A DNA stretch of 64,000 bases from Limnochordia bacterium (GCA_050951545.1 JBMNJG010000004.1:96001-160000); one strand, 5' to 3'; counted from the first letter of the stretch, positions 9,219 through 20,037 are shown. Numbers and translations are program-made. The notes: generated by a model from the sequence alone, not told the origin.

Positions 9219-10616
9219 TTGGAGAAAAAGGAGGATGTTGGGGTGAGTTGCAAGGCGGAATCAGTGACAGATCAAGAACCGATGCTAGCCCAAAGGGACA
9301 GCTTCACGACCAGTTTGGGCGCCATTGCGGCGACACTTGGATCAGCCGTAGGACTAGGTAATATATGGAAATTCCCCGCGCTTACTGGGATGAACGGTGG
9401 CGCAGCCTTTGTACTTCTGTATCTCATTTGTGTAGCATTTGTCGGACTCCCCGTAATGTGGGCTGAACTAACCATAGGTCGTCGGGCGCGAGCCAACACT
9501 GTGACGGCTTTTCAGAAACTAGCGCCAGGCGAGCCTTGGCACCTCATTGGGGTATCCGGCGTGATATCAGCCGTCCTAATAATGGGTTTTTACTCCGTAG
9601 TGGCAGGGTGGGTCTTTGCCTACATCTTTCGGGCCGCTACTGGAGCTTTGGCTGTTGCCCCAGAGATGACAGGTGAGGTGTTTGATGCGCTGTATACATC
9701 ACCCATCGAGCCTTTGGTGTGGCAATGGGTGGTCTTGGCGGTCACGTCGGCAATTGTCATCGCTGGCGTTAGCAAAGGCATTGAGAATGCAACCAAGCGT
9801 CTTATGCCTCTTCTGTTTGTCCTGTTGCTTATCTGTGATATTCGTGCGATCACGTTGCCTGGAGCCGCAGCAGGGTTGGCATTCCTATTCAAACCAGACG
9901 TAAGCAAGATCACGTCGTTGACCCTACTCACGGCACTGGGGTTAGCTTTCTTCAAGCTCTCGTTAGGCATGGGCTGTATGGTCACGTATGGGAGTTATAT
10001 TGGCGGCAAACAGAACCTGTGGACGACAGCTTCGAAGGTGGTAGCGGCTGACACAACGATCTCGCTGTTAGCTGGCATGGCCATCTTTCCGGCGGTGTTT
10101 GCTTTTGGCTATGAGCCGACTTCTGGGCCTGCGTTGCTGTTTATTACAGTTCCAGCCGTCTTTCGCTCCATGCCCTTTGGGGGCTTGTTTACCTTCTTGT
10201 TCTTCGTGTTGGTGGCCGTTGCGGCAATGGGGGCGATGCTCTCGCTTATGGAGGTCCCTGTAGCCTTTCTCACAGAACGCCTGCAGTGGAAGCGGGTGGG
10301 GGCGACCGTGCTGACAGCAGCGCTCATGGCTCTGTTGGGTGTGGGGGCGGCCTTCTCCTCGAGTCTGCTGAGCGAGTTCAAGCTCTTTGGGCTTACGTTC
10401 TTTGATCTGTACGACTTCACCACTTCGAACCTCCTCCTTCCTTTGGGCGGCATCTTCATTGCGCTATTTGTGGGTTGGCGCTGGCGCGAGCAGGCTGTGG
10501 CGGAAAACGGAGGCGACAGCACGATTATGCGCGTACTGACCTTCTTCCTACGCTACATGGCCCCAGTCGCCATAGCCATCGTGCTTCTAGGAGGACTGAA
10601 CGTCATCAGACTCTGA
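9219..10616 (+). CDS. Sodium-dependent transporter (NSS/SNF family)
   Basis: GSAVGLGNIWKFP motif and many TM helices; true start may be slightly downstream. Confidence 0.93.
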   Translation: MEKKEDVGVSCKAESVTDQEPMLAQRDSFTTSLGAIAATLGSAVGLGNIWKFPALTGMNGGAAFVLLYLICVAFVGLPVMWAELTIGRRARANTVTAFQKLAPGEPWHLIGVSGVISAVLIMGFYSVVAGWVFAYIFRAATGALAVAPEMTGEVFDALYTSPIEPLVWQWVVLAVTSAIVIAGVSKGIENATKRLMPLLFVLLLICDIRAITLPGAAAGLAFLFKPDVSKITSLTLLTALGLAFFKLSLGMGCMVTYGSYIGGKQNLWTTASKVVAADTTISLLAGMAIFPAVFAFGYEPTSGPALLFITVPAVFRSMPFGGLFTFLFFVLVAVAAMGAMLSLMEVPVAFLTERLQWKRVGATVLTAALMALLGVGAAFSSSLLSEFKLFGLTFFDLYDFTTSNLLLPLGGIFIALFVGWRWREQAVAENGGDSTIMRVLTFFLRYMAPVAIAIVLLGGLNVIRL

Positions 10617-10635
10617 TACGGTAGCGATCGAACAC

Positions 10636-10677
10636 GCGCGAAAATGGTAGCCAAGCGATGGGCTACCATTTTCGCGC
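10636..10677 (+). terminator. Stem-loop after the transporter gene
   Basis: GCGCGAAAATGGTAGCC / GGCTACCATTTTCGCGC perfect 17-bp stem; no clear U tract. Confidence 0.6.
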
Positions 10678-11071
10678 CTCCTCAAGCAGGTAAACAAGCG
10701 TTTGGCAGCGTAAGAGGATGCTACAAAGAGGCGGAGGAGACGTAACCCGATTTCACCCGGGGCTCAACGTCGGGTAGATGGCATAGAAGGCTGCTGAGCC
10801 TGCGTTTTTCGCAGCCAGTTAATTCATCAATAATCAAAATGCCCACTCATTTGTTTGCCATACATAAGAACGATTTGTGTATCCCCGGCAAATTTCACGA
10901 GCTTAGTAGACCTGTTTGCTGAAAACCTCTGCAACATTCATCGGGGCTGTAGGTAAGTTGAGGGCGAATGTCGAAGACACGCTGCGAAACACAATGAGAC
11001 CAGTCTCTGTTGAGGTGATCGGTTCTTTCTGGGACTAGCGTTACGTGGCTTGGTGAAAGGGTGGAGCATAG

Positions 11072-12991
11072 ATGGGATCTCAACGAGACGTTAACGAGGT
11101 CGCCTCTCAGCAGCTCATTCGGGAACAGCGAAGGGTTCGGGTTGTTCTCATGCTACTTGGTGATGCTGTTCTGTTACAGGTCGCTGTTCTCGCCAGTCTA
11201 CTAGCCCGTTTTGACGGGCACTTGCCTTCGGTCTATTGGGATGCCTACGCCCATCTATGGCCATGGTATACACTTGGTTCATTGGCGTTTTTTGCTTGGC
11301 GAGGACTTTACCGCAGTCTATGGCGGTATGCCGGAATTGAAGAGTTGGTGAACGTTGTCGGGGCCACTACCCTCTCTACCTTGACACTGACCTTGCTCTC
11401 CGCTTTCTATCGGCTCCCGCGGTCGGTGATCATGATACACTGGGTGATTCTGGCTTTCCTCGTGAGTTCTTCGCGCGTGGCACTACGAGCCGTGCGGCGA
11501 CTGTGGGCCACCGACAAGGGGCAGACAGACCCAACACAGGTCTCCAGGAGTGAGCCTCTGACGGTTCTTATCGTGGGCGCTGGTCGTATCGGAGCGGACC
11601 TGGTGCTGCCCTTGCGCCAGTCTGGACGTCAGGTTGTGGGGTTCTTGGATGATGACCCAGCGAAGCGGAATATGCAGATACACGGAGTGCGAGTCTTGGG
11701 GACGTTGGATGACGTGAAGCGCGTGGTGAGTGAGCATGACGTGCAAGAGGTCCTCTTGGCTCTACCTGCTAAGTTCGGAGGCAGACACAGGGCGATTGTG
11801 GACGCCTTGAGTGACAAGAAGGTGAAACTCCACACTATCCCTGCCGTGAACGAAGTGATCGATGGGAAAGTGTCCGTGAGCCAGATCCGGCCAGTATCGG
11901 TCTCCGATTTACTGGGGCGGGAAGCGGTGCAACTCAATGCTGAACAGATTGCTGCGGAGATCTCCGGCGAAGTGGTCTTGGTCACTGGAGCTGGTGGCTC
12001 AATCGGGTCAGAACTATGTCGTCAGATCTGCCGCTTTGGGCCTAGTCTATTGGTGATGCTCGGACATGGTGAGAACTCAGTTTTTGAGGCGGCCATGGAC
12101 CTCAACGAGAAGTTTCCCGACGTGCCCAAGGCCCAAGTGATTGCCGATGTAAGGGATGGCGGGAAAATGGCGGCCGTTTTCGAGCACTATCAACCGGCGT
12201 ACGTGCTGCATGCTGCTGCGCACAAACACGTTCCATACATGGAACAGTATCCAGACGAAGCGGTCAAGACCAATATCTTCGGGACGCGGAATGTAGCCCG
12301 AGCAGCACTGGAGCATGGGGCCCGGAGATTCGTCATGATATCTACTGATAAGGCCGTAAATCCCACGAGCGTGATGGGGGCCAGCAAACGCGTGGCTGAG
12401 ATGGTTGTTCAGGACCTGAATGCTATGAACAAGACGAAGTTTGTCTCGGTTCGTTTCGGCAACGTCCTAGGGAGCCGGGGCAGTGTCATCCCGGTTTTCC
12501 AGCGACAGATCGCTCAGGGGGGGCCAGTTACCGTTACCGACCCGGAAATGAGACGTTACTTCATGACCATCCCGGAAGCAGCTCAGCTCGTATTGCAGGC
12601 CGCTGCTTTGGGGCAAGGCGGCGAAGTCTTTATTCTGGATATGGGCGAGCCTGTCAAGATCGAGGACCTGGCCCGTAACCTGATTACACTCTCTGGATTC
12701 CGGCCCAACAAGGATATTCAGATTGTCTACACTGGTCGCCGACCCGGCGAAAAGCTCTTTGAGGAACTGGTCATGGACGAAGAGGCTACATCGGTTACGG
12801 AGCATTCGCGCATCTTCATATGTAAGAATGCACTGCTACCGTCCAAGGAACTCGAGCAGGGGATCGCCCTATTGGAGCAGCTGCTATTAGCTGGCGAATA
12901 CCGGCAGCTGTTGTCTGTGTTGCAGGTGTTGGTCTCCACCTATGAGCCCTACATACCGACAAGAGACCGGGAAGTGGCGACAGCGCAATGA
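11072..12991 (+). CDS. CapD/PglF-type nucleoside-diphosphate sugar 4,6-dehydratase
   Basis: 4 N-terminal TMs; TGAGGSIGSEL, HAAAHKHVP, STDKAVNPTSVMGASKR, RFGNVLGSRGSV. Confidence 0.93.
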   Translation: MGSQRDVNEVASQQLIREQRRVRVVLMLLGDAVLLQVAVLASLLARFDGHLPSVYWDAYAHLWPWYTLGSLAFFAWRGLYRSLWRYAGIEELVNVVGATTLSTLTLTLLSAFYRLPRSVIMIHWVILAFLVSSSRVALRAVRRLWATDKGQTDPTQVSRSEPLTVLIVGAGRIGADLVLPLRQSGRQVVGFLDDDPAKRNMQIHGVRVLGTLDDVKRVVSEHDVQEVLLALPAKFGGRHRAIVDALSDKKVKLHTIPAVNEVIDGKVSVSQIRPVSVSDLLGREAVQLNAEQIAAEISGEVVLVTGAGGSIGSELCRQICRFGPSLLVMLGHGENSVFEAAMDLNEKFPDVPKAQVIADVRDGGKMAAVFEHYQPAYVLHAAAHKHVPYMEQYPDEAVKTNIFGTRNVARAALEHGARRFVMISTDKAVNPTSVMGASKRVAEMVVQDLNAMNKTKFVSVRFGNVLGSRGSVIPVFQRQIAQGGPVTVTDPEMRRYFMTIPEAAQLVLQAAALGQGGEVFILDMGEPVKIEDLARNLITLSGFRPNKDIQIVYTGRRPGEKLFEELVMDEEATSVTEHSRIFICKNALLPSKELEQGIALLEQLLLAGEYRQLLSVLQVLVSTYEPYIPTRDREVATAQ

Positions 12992-13043
12992 ACTCACCAG
13001 TGGAGATCATGTGCGTCGGCACAAGATCAGCAAGTGAGGTGGT

Positions 13044-13490
13044 ATGATCGTGGATGACGCATCTTCGGGGCTTGGCGAGACGAATCTGGCGGTGCAGTAC
13101 TTTCAGGCCGGCTACAATTGCTCACAGGCTGTATTCTGTGCCTTCGCACCCAAATACGGTCTCTCTGTTGAACAAGCGTTTCGCCTGGCCAGTGGTCTCG
13201 GTGGTGGTATAGGCAATACGGGCGAAACATGCGGCGTGCTCACGGGTGCCGCCATGGTTATAGGGCTTCACTACAGCAGCGGTGTTCCCGGGGAGCAGAA
13301 GAACAAGGAGCAGGTCTACACACTCGTCCAGCGTCTTCTGAGTCGTTTCGTGCGGGTACACGCCTCGCCAGTGTGCCGGGTTCTGAAGGAGCCTGCCCTG
13401 GGCGATCCCGTTGCTCGGAGGAAGCTCTGTGAGCGATACGTGGAGGAAGCGGCGAAGATACTTGAGTCGATGTTGTCAGAGGCAGACTGA
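13044..13490 (+). CDS. C-GCAxxG-C-C family redox-active protein
   Basis: GYNCSQAV, GGGIGNTGETCG, later C...C. Confidence 0.88.
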   Translation: MIVDDASSGLGETNLAVQYFQAGYNCSQAVFCAFAPKYGLSVEQAFRLASGLGGGIGNTGETCGVLTGAAMVIGLHYSSGVPGEQKNKEQVYTLVQRLLSRFVRVHASPVCRVLKEPALGDPVARRKLCERYVEEAAKILESMLSEAD

Positions 13491-13585
13491 TTTGGCGAGC
13501 TAAAGAAGCGGGGACTAATGTCTAATGATGTCGACATGGAGGAAGCTGTCGATCAAGGAGGCCATCAATCGACAGCGCTGGGGAT

Positions 13586-13618
13586 AAAGGACCGCGGTAT
13601 CACTCCGGCGGTCCTTTT
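13586..13618. terminator. Probable bidirectional intrinsic terminator
   Basis: AAAGGACCGC...GCGGTCCTTTT hairpin between convergent genes. Confidence 0.6.
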
Positions 13619-13637
13619 GCTCTGAAGCATTAGTCAC

Positions 13638-14012
13638 CTATCCCCGCTCTCTGGTCCAGTGGCAACGGCGACGACCGCCCTGCTGGCATTTCCGTTTCCG
13701 GTGTGGACGATCACTGCACATACAGACAACAAGAAGAAGTAGTGGCAGTAAACGGGATGGTCTTGGTTTGTGGCAGTGATGGTGACAGTGACTGGGGGGT
13801 TTGGGGATAATCAAGAGTTCAAAAGGCAGTTTTTGTTGAACCAGGTACTCCTTCTTGCCGACACGCAGGTTTTGCCTGACGGCCATTACTCGTGTACACC
13901 ATACAGCCTTATCAGGCGTCTCCGGCAGGTCAATTTCCTGACAGTCATCACAAGACCCACGGGCGGAAGGACAGGTCACCTCCAGACTGTGCCGCTCTTC
14001 TTCAGTGGACAT
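13638..14012 (-). CDS. Small Cys/His/Arg-rich hypothetical protein
   Basis: AAAGGGGG RBS before ATG 14012; 124 aa. Confidence 0.5.
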   Translation of the reverse strand: MSTEEERHSLEVTCPSARGSCDDCQEIDLPETPDKAVWCTRVMAVRQNLRVGKKEYLVQQKLPFELLIIPKPPSHCHHHCHKPRPSRLLPLLLLVVCMCSDRPHRKRKCQQGGRRRCHWTRERG

Positions 14013-14145
14013 CTGGTGTCCCCCTTTTATCAAGCCTATTGCTACGTCATAGCCTATGTGACCTAGGGGCGTACGCCTACTGATTTCGGCATCAGTGGGT
14101 AGTACTCCAGCGCCATTTGTTGACTGCGGGGTACTTGACGGTAGC

Positions 14146-15264
14146 TTAGTTGACCCAAGGCATGAGACGAACGTCATCGCTACGGCAGGTTAAGGCCACC
14201 TGGGATCCTATGCGAGCCTGCCACGCTGCTGCGTCCGCGGCAGGAGCTGTGGCCACCATGGCTCCTGACGGACCTGAGATTTGCAGGCGGGAGTGGGCTC
14301 CGAGGAATTCTACCTCCTCCAAACGCCCCAGTAGCTGAAGCTGCTGGTCAGTCGAACCGCTCTCGGCTGTATCCTTGGGCACAGTGACCTCGACGCGCTC
14401 TGAGCGAAGCATCACACCCAGGCGATCGCCCGGGCGCGGCAGCGAAGGGCCACACCAGGTATGCGATGGCAGTTCAAGCATCTGTCCATTGGCCAGCCTT
14501 GAGACGATGTGCGGGCCAGTTGAGACCAACACCGCCTCCAACAGCGATCCCTTGCCGATGAAGCCAGCCACGAATCCATTTGCTGGCCGGTCGTACACTT
14601 CCCAGGGAGTGCCCACCTGGAGAACTTTTCCTTGGTTCATCACCACTACCCGGTCGGAGATCGCTAGCGCCTCCTCCTGGTCATGAGTTACATACAGTAC
14701 TGTCAGGCCTAGTTTGCGCTGCAGACGCCGTATCTCAAGACGCAACCTTTCGCGAAGCAGGGCATCAAGAGCAGAGAGCGGTTCGTCAAGACATAATACG
14801 CGCGGCTGTGGAGCAAGGGAGCGGGCGATCGCTACCCGTTGCTGTTGACCAGCGGAGAGCTCAGCGGGTCTGCGTTGGCCCAAAGAGGCCAGATCGATCA
14901 TGTCAAGCAGCTGATGTACGCGCTCCATAGCCTCGGAGTGGGGAAGACGTCTGTCCACGCCATGCATAAGTCCAAAGGCGATGTTCTCAGCAACCGTCAT
15001 GTGAGGAAAGAGGGCATAGTGTTGAAAGACGACGCCCACTTCTCGTTTCTCGGGAGGCAGACCCGCCAAGTCCTTCCCTTCGAGCAGGATGCGTCCAGAG
15101 CTGGGCTGTTCGAACCCCGCCAACAGCATCAGCGTGGTGGTCTTGCCGCAGCCCGAAGGCCCCAAGACTGACACAAACTGGCTGCGTTCTACAGAGAAGC
15201 AGACCTCCTGCAGGGCGGTCACTGGTCCGTAACGTTTGGTAAGCTTTTCAAAGCTCAGATACAT
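14146..15264 (-). CDS. thiQ: Thiamine ABC transporter ATPase
   Basis: Walker A GPSGCGKT, LSAGQQQR, LDEP; in operon under a TPP riboswitch. Confidence 0.85.
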   Translation of the reverse strand: MYLSFEKLTKRYGPVTALQEVCFSVERSQFVSVLGPSGCGKTTTLMLLAGFEQPSSGRILLEGKDLAGLPPEKREVGVVFQHYALFPHMTVAENIAFGLMHGVDRRLPHSEAMERVHQLLDMIDLASLGQRRPAELSAGQQQRVAIARSLAPQPRVLCLDEPLSALDALLRERLRLEIRRLQRKLGLTVLYVTHDQEEALAISDRVVVMNQGKVLQVGTPWEVYDRPANGFVAGFIGKGSLLEAVLVSTGPHIVSRLANGQMLELPSHTWCGPSLPRPGDRLGVMLRSERVEVTVPKDTAESGSTDQQLQLLGRLEEVEFLGAHSRLQISGPSGAMVATAPAADAAAWQARIGSQVALTCRSDDVRLMPWVN

Positions 15265-16942
15265 TATCGCGTCCTCCGACCTGCAAGGTGATCAGGTATT
15301 GTCCCGCTGCCTCCATGGAGGCAAACGTCAGGGTCATGACAAACATCAGCAGGACGGCCATGGCCGCAGCTGCACTGAATTCGCGCGCAGAGACCAGATG
15401 GTAGATAGTCAGTGGCATGGTGGTGAATCCCGGTTGGGCCAGCATTATAGTTGCACTCATCTCGGACACGGACATAGAGAAAGCGAAGGCAGCTGCTACC
15501 AGCAATGCCGCAGTTGAGAGCGGAAGCGCCACCCTAAAGAAGGCCTTTGTGGGCGAGGCTCCTAGCGAGCGAGCCGCGTGGAGAAGACTGCGATCAAGGC
15601 TCTGGAAATGGGGGCGCAGGACACGTAGCACAAAAGGAAGCCCCAGAATGGCATGTGCAGCAACAATCGCTCCCGAAGGGCCAATCTGCAGAAAGCGCAA
15701 AGCTCCCACGCGATAGGCTCGTAGCATCGCATAGCCGAAGGCGACGGAAGAGACGGCAAGGGGGGCCATGGCCAGCGTCTCCCAAAACCGAGCTGCTCTC
15801 TTGGATGTTCTAGGAAGAGCTACTGCAAGAGCTGTACCTAAGCAGACAGCCAAAAGCATGGAACCCAAGGCGAAACGTAGGGTGTTGAAGACGGCTCCAA
15901 GCGGGCTGTCGCCGATCTGGGCCGCGTGTTGCCACTTCAGAACAAAAGCATAGGCATCCAAAGAGAACCTGCCATTCTCACCAACCAGGGAATCATGGAT
16001 CACGGCTCCTATGGGGCCTGCGTACAGCAAGGCTAAGATAAGCAGGTAGAGCACCATAGGCACGGTACCCAGATGCGCGCGAAAAAAGGGCAATCGCTGG
16101 CGTTCTCGGCCGTATCGTCGGCTACTGGGGTGGTTGCGGGCCTCGACGCGCAAGTAGAGATAGGTGAGGGCTAGCGAGGCTATGGTCTCAAACAAGGCAA
16201 AGGCGGCCCCAGTGGTGTTATCGAGTAGAACACGCACTTGGGTGAAAACCTCCACTTCTAAAGTGGCGTAGCGCGCGCCTCCCAAGGCCAACACCAGGGG
16301 GAAGCTGAAAAAGGAGAAGATAAATGCCAGTAGAGCCCCGCTGGCGGTGGCGGGCCAAAGCAGCGGCCACGTCACCTTACGAAAGGTGGTCCAAGGGGAG
16401 GCCCCTAACGCCCGAGCACCCTGCTCTAGGGCTGGGTCGAGGGATTCCCAGGCCACGGCAGTGGTGCGTCCCACAATCGGCGCATTGTAGAAGGCATGGG
16501 CGAGGACAATGCCCTGCAAGGAATACAGCAGTGGCAGACGCACACCGCACAGAGCGCCGAGGGCTCTGTTGAAATAGCCATTATGACCGAAGAAAAGGAT
16601 GAAGCCGAGGGCCACAACAATGGCTGGCAGCACAAAGGGAACTATTGTAAGTGCTCGCCAGAGTCGCGGCATGGGCAGTCTGTGATTGGCCAGGATGTAG
16701 CCGAGGGGTAGACCTATCAACACACTGGCCAGTGTACTGAGTGTAGCCTGCTTGATTGTCAGGCGGAGCAGGTGCCAGAAATACGCATCCTTTAGTGTGG
16801 CGATCAAGGGAGACGGCGTAATTCCTGGCTGCAGACTCTCTTTGAGCAAACGTAGGAGGGGCAAGTAGAAAAACAGAGTTAGGAAGGCCAAGGGAAGACC
16901 AACCAATAGCCAGTGGAATCGCTGGGCACGTTGTCGTGGCAT
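15248..16942 (-). CDS. thiP: Thiamine ABC transporter permease
   Basis: Duplicated permease domain (LAHAFYNAP, two ARxLGASP EAA-like loops). Confidence 0.87.
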   Translation of the reverse strand: MPRQRAQRFHWLLVGLPLAFLTLFFYLPLLRLLKESLQPGITPSPLIATLKDAYFWHLLRLTIKQATLSTLASVLIGLPLGYILANHRLPMPRLWRALTIVPFVLPAIVVALGFILFFGHNGYFNRALGALCGVRLPLLYSLQGIVLAHAFYNAPIVGRTTAVAWESLDPALEQGARALGASPWTTFRKVTWPLLWPATASGALLAFIFSFFSFPLVLALGGARYATLEVEVFTQVRVLLDNTTGAAFALFETIASLALTYLYLRVEARNHPSSRRYGRERQRLPFFRAHLGTVPMVLYLLILALLYAGPIGAVIHDSLVGENGRFSLDAYAFVLKWQHAAQIGDSPLGAVFNTLRFALGSMLLAVCLGTALAVALPRTSKRAARFWETLAMAPLAVSSVAFGYAMLRAYRVGALRFLQIGPSGAIVAAHAILGLPFVLRVLRPHFQSLDRSLLHAARSLGASPTKAFFRVALPLSTAALLVAAAFAFSMSVSEMSATIMLAQPGFTTMPLTIYHLVSAREFSAAAAMAVLLMFVMTLTFASMEAAGQYLITLQVGGRDNVSEL

Positions 16943-17050
16943 GACTGTTCCTTTCTACTTCCTTCTGCAGCTACACCACAGAAGCGAGGGTGTGATTGCG
17001 GGCCCAGGCCGTCCAACTCATTCCCGGCGACGGCCTGGGCCCACACCTGC

Positions 17051-18085
17051 CTACATAGATACTGCCATAGCCCATTCTCGGAGCCAGGTAGCTTCTTTGC
17101 GACCGAGTTCATCGGAGTCGATGCGCACTGATCTCTGAGGTGGTCTAGCGTATTTCTCCCATTCTGCAGGCAGTTTGGCTTTTGGGTTGGCCGGGTACAT
17201 CCAGTTGGTGGTGGGAATGAGTGACTGAACCTCGGGAGAGAGCAGGTAGTTGACGAAAGCCTGCGCCAGCTTGACATTCTTGCTGGTGCGTACAATGCCC
17301 ACGCCTTCGATCTGCCGATAGCCAGCGTTGTCCAAGGGCAATACGCCGTAGATGGGCCCTTTCCCTTCCATAACGGCATAGGCGGTATCTGTGGCATAGC
17401 TGATGACGATGGGGGCATCACCGTTGGTGAACATCTTGTACGCTGAGCTCCAACTTCCAGCAATGGTCAGCAGGTTGGGGGAGAGCCTCCTCCAGTAGTC
17501 GGCGAAGCCCTTTTCACCGTAGTGATGAATGGTCCACATCAAGAAGGCGTGCCCTACAGAGGATGTGCGCGGATCAATAGCTATGATCTTCCTCTTGAAC
17601 CGGGGGAGGGTGAGATCCTCGAAGCTCTTCGGCAGATCCGCCGGCTTGAGGGCCTTGGTGTTGTAGACTAACGTAATGCAGCCGTGATCAAAGGGCAAGA
17701 CTTGTCCTTTGACGTCGAAATGCAGGTCCTTAGGAATTGCGGCCAGGTTGGGGACTTTGGTCGCGTCTACAGGAAGGAAAACATTGCGGTTGTGAACCCG
17801 GCTGAGATAGGTATCGCTTAGCCCTACAAAGACATCGGCGTCAGTGCCACCAGTCTCCATCTCGCTAATCAGACGGGCGAGCATCTCGCCAGAACTCGCC
17901 GGTGCCACAAAGACCACATCGACGTTGTGCTGTTTCTCAAAGCCAGCTTCAATCTGCTTAGCAGGACCCCACGATACGAAGCTGTCGTAGGTGTAGACAA
18001 CCAGCCTGGGAGCTACCTCTCCAATGGCGGGCCAAACGAGGGTAGCCAACACCATAAACGCGAGCAATAGGTTACGCCATTTCAT
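17051..18085 (-). CDS. thiB: Thiamine ABC transporter substrate-binding protein
   Basis: LVVYTYDSFVSWGP, DPRTSSVG, IPTTNWMYP; AGGAGG RBS before ATG 18085. Confidence 0.92.
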   Translation of the reverse strand: MKWRNLLLAFMVLATLVWPAIGEVAPRLVVYTYDSFVSWGPAKQIEAGFEKQHNVDVVFVAPASSGEMLARLISEMETGGTDADVFVGLSDTYLSRVHNRNVFLPVDATKVPNLAAIPKDLHFDVKGQVLPFDHGCITLVYNTKALKPADLPKSFEDLTLPRFKRKIIAIDPRTSSVGHAFLMWTIHHYGEKGFADYWRRLSPNLLTIAGSWSSAYKMFTNGDAPIVISYATDTAYAVMEGKGPIYGVLPLDNAGYRQIEGVGIVRTSKNVKLAQAFVNYLLSPEVQSLIPTTNWMYPANPKAKLPAEWEKYARPPQRSVRIDSDELGRKEATWLREWAMAVSM

Positions 18086-18151
18086 AGAAAAAGACCTCCT
18101 CGCGGCGTGGGCGAGCAGGTTCCGGTTGCGAAGCGCACTCAAATAGCGCCT

Positions 18152-18245
18152 GAGATCCCTACGCCGGCATTATCCGGAATCAGGTTCAAAGGGTCGATGG
18201 GTGTCCCCATCCTCTCAGCCCGGAACCACGAGCTCCCCCTGTCGC
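18152..18245 (-). ncRNA. TPP riboswitch
   Basis: Minus strand reads GGGGAGC...GGGCTGAGAG...ACCCTTTGAACCTGATTCCGGATAATGCCGGCGTAGGGA, the THI-element consensus, upstream of thiB. Confidence 0.95.
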
Positions 18246-18771
18246 TACGGTGGCAAGTCTCGTGTGCCATTTCCGCAGCGCCGCCAGTATAAGGCGGTGG
18301 CCAACCACTGGATAGCCACCGCTGTTCGCCTTTAGTGTATCAAAGCTCTGGTGGCCCGTCAACGTCGGGCGTGGGGTGCACACGTGAGATCGCGGCGAAC
18401 ACCCGTTCCTAATCATTCTGCCTCCCGCCTCTCCCAGAAATCGTCCCACTGTTCACCGTGGGAGTATGCTGCAACGTTTGGCATCTGCTGTGCCCTAAGT
18501 TGGCTCCGACGCATTCCAGATTGCTTGTGGCGCCTAACAACAACCTGCTTACAGGCGCTTTCTACGCATCCGCTGCCAATGGGGTAGCCAGCGGCCTCCA
18601 GCCTCGGATAAAGGGTTCATCTCCTCCTGCGAAGGTGCCTCTTGAGTGCGTGTCAACCCACGAGTAAGTCTTACCGAAGGTCCTATAACTCACTCACCAA
18701 AGATCTGACCCAACGCTGGTCTAAGTCAGAGCATGCATAGGCTCACGACTACTGCTACGGACTCTCTGGGA

Positions 18772-18799
18772 TGCATCGGTGGCCTCCGCCACCGATGCA
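18772..18799. other. 12-bp stem hairpin downstream of the HTH-nuclease gene
   Basis: TGCATCGGTGGC-CTCC-GCCACCGATGCA. Confidence 0.5.
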
Positions 18800-18966
18800 G
18801 TTGGTGGGCCTTGGCCGATCAGTTGTTCAATCCTGTGGTGCATAGCCAGTGGGTTTTGCTCACGTTGCCGCTTCTGCACGATCGCCAGCGGCGGGTGGAC
18901 GCGCATTAACATTGGCTGCACGGCTGATGTGAGCCCTGACGAAACGGACAAGGTAACCCAGGGTGA

Positions 18967-20037
18967 CTACTCGTCTTGCTTTCTCTCAGATTCACTGGCG
19001 GTTCCCCAGCCACGCTCATCTATTCTTTGCTGGTACTCACCGCATCTACACTCGAGATAGTTGATGAGCTTCCGGTTGAAGTCCTGACCGCGCCGGAATG
19101 GCAGCCGCCTGTGAATCTTGCGCTTGATGATCTTGCAGGACAGCTCGTGAGCCTGAATCACGATCAGCTTGATCTTCTTCTTAGCGCAGATCTGCTGTTT
19201 GGTCTGGTCACGGCATTGCTGCTTATGGACCTGCTCAGCCGAATTCCGCTCCGTGACGCGGTAGTGTTGCGCCCCATTGAACTCCATGGCCGTATTGTGC
19301 AAGTAATAGAAGAGATCGACCTCCAGACGCTTGCCAGTTGCTGGGTTCCTCATGAAACCTGGGCGCATTCCGTCGTCGAAGTCAAGGCAATCGACAAGCG
19401 CCAAGAAGATAGCCTGCATGAGAGCCTCTCCGAGGTGCGTAGCGCGGTGGAGCTCATCCTGCACGTCTAGTATTTCTTTTACGTTTCGCTTATCAACCGG
19501 GTTGTGGAGAGTGAAGCGAATCGGTGCCCGCTTGTGCGCCTGCTCCATCTCCAGCCAACCATGCTTGGCCAACTGACGAGCCGCGTGTTTGATGGTTTGG
19601 GGGCTCAGACTCATCCGGCCGGCTAACTCAGCGTATGTGAACTGCCTTTTGCGAGGTGGGTCCGTGGGTTTGGACAGCAGTAGGGCATAAACCAATTTGG
19701 CCTGCGCATGGATTTCAGTAGCCATGACTAACTCCACAGGTACGGAGACCCTATCCGGGGATGGCTTCTGTGCCGCGGTCTGGCTAGGTCCCCGCCTAGC
19801 CGGTGGAGCAAACCAGCCCTCGGTGGTTAACTTGGCTGTCGCCCTGCGAACGGTAGGCCGGGACATACCCGTGCGCCGCCCCAGGCGGCTGGGCGAGAAA
19901 AGGAAGCTTTCCTCCAGCTGATCATCCATCGTTAAGGCCATCCAAACGATCTTCTCGCTGGCTTTTAGCTCGCGAGTCAGTAGCAGTGAGAGCGGCACGT
20001 TCACCTCATCTACATAGAGAGAGTACAAGGGCCTCAC
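18967..20037 (-). CDS. Double winged-HTH protein with C-terminal Vsr/DUF559-like putative endonuclease domain
   Basis: Two repeats of (V.VP..LL....L....K.V...L)+HTH (SPSRLGRRTGMSRPTVRRATAKL; TYAELAGRMSLSPQTIKHAARQL), then NPATGKRLEVDLFY...AMEFNGAQHY...RD..K...C. Start GTG 20037 or TTG 20028. Confidence 0.8.
   Translation of the reverse strand: MRPLYSLYVDEVNVPLSLLLTRELKASEKIVWMALTMDDQLEESFLFSPSRLGRRTGMSRPTVRRATAKLTTEGWFAPPARRGPSQTAAQKPSPDRVSVPVELVMATEIHAQAKLVYALLLSKPTDPPRKRQFTYAELAGRMSLSPQTIKHAARQLAKHGWLEMEQAHKRAPIRFTLHNPVDKRNVKEILDVQDELHRATHLGEALMQAIFLALVDCLDFDDGMRPGFMRNPATGKRLEVDLFYYLHNTAMEFNGAQHYRVTERNSAEQVHKQQCRDQTKQQICAKKKIKLIVIQAHELSCKIIKRKIHRRLPFRRGQDFNRKLINYLECRCGEYQQRIDERGWGTASESERKQDE

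Noticed and set aside
10700-11070. Possible riboswitch or antitermination leader before the capD-like gene
   Set aside because: Some hairpins, but no recognisable RNA motif or ops element.
18250-18960. Gene or ncRNA between the TPP riboswitch and the HTH-nuclease gene
   Set aside because: Only short ORFs without RBS or motifs and one hairpin; may be part of the element, but nothing can be called.
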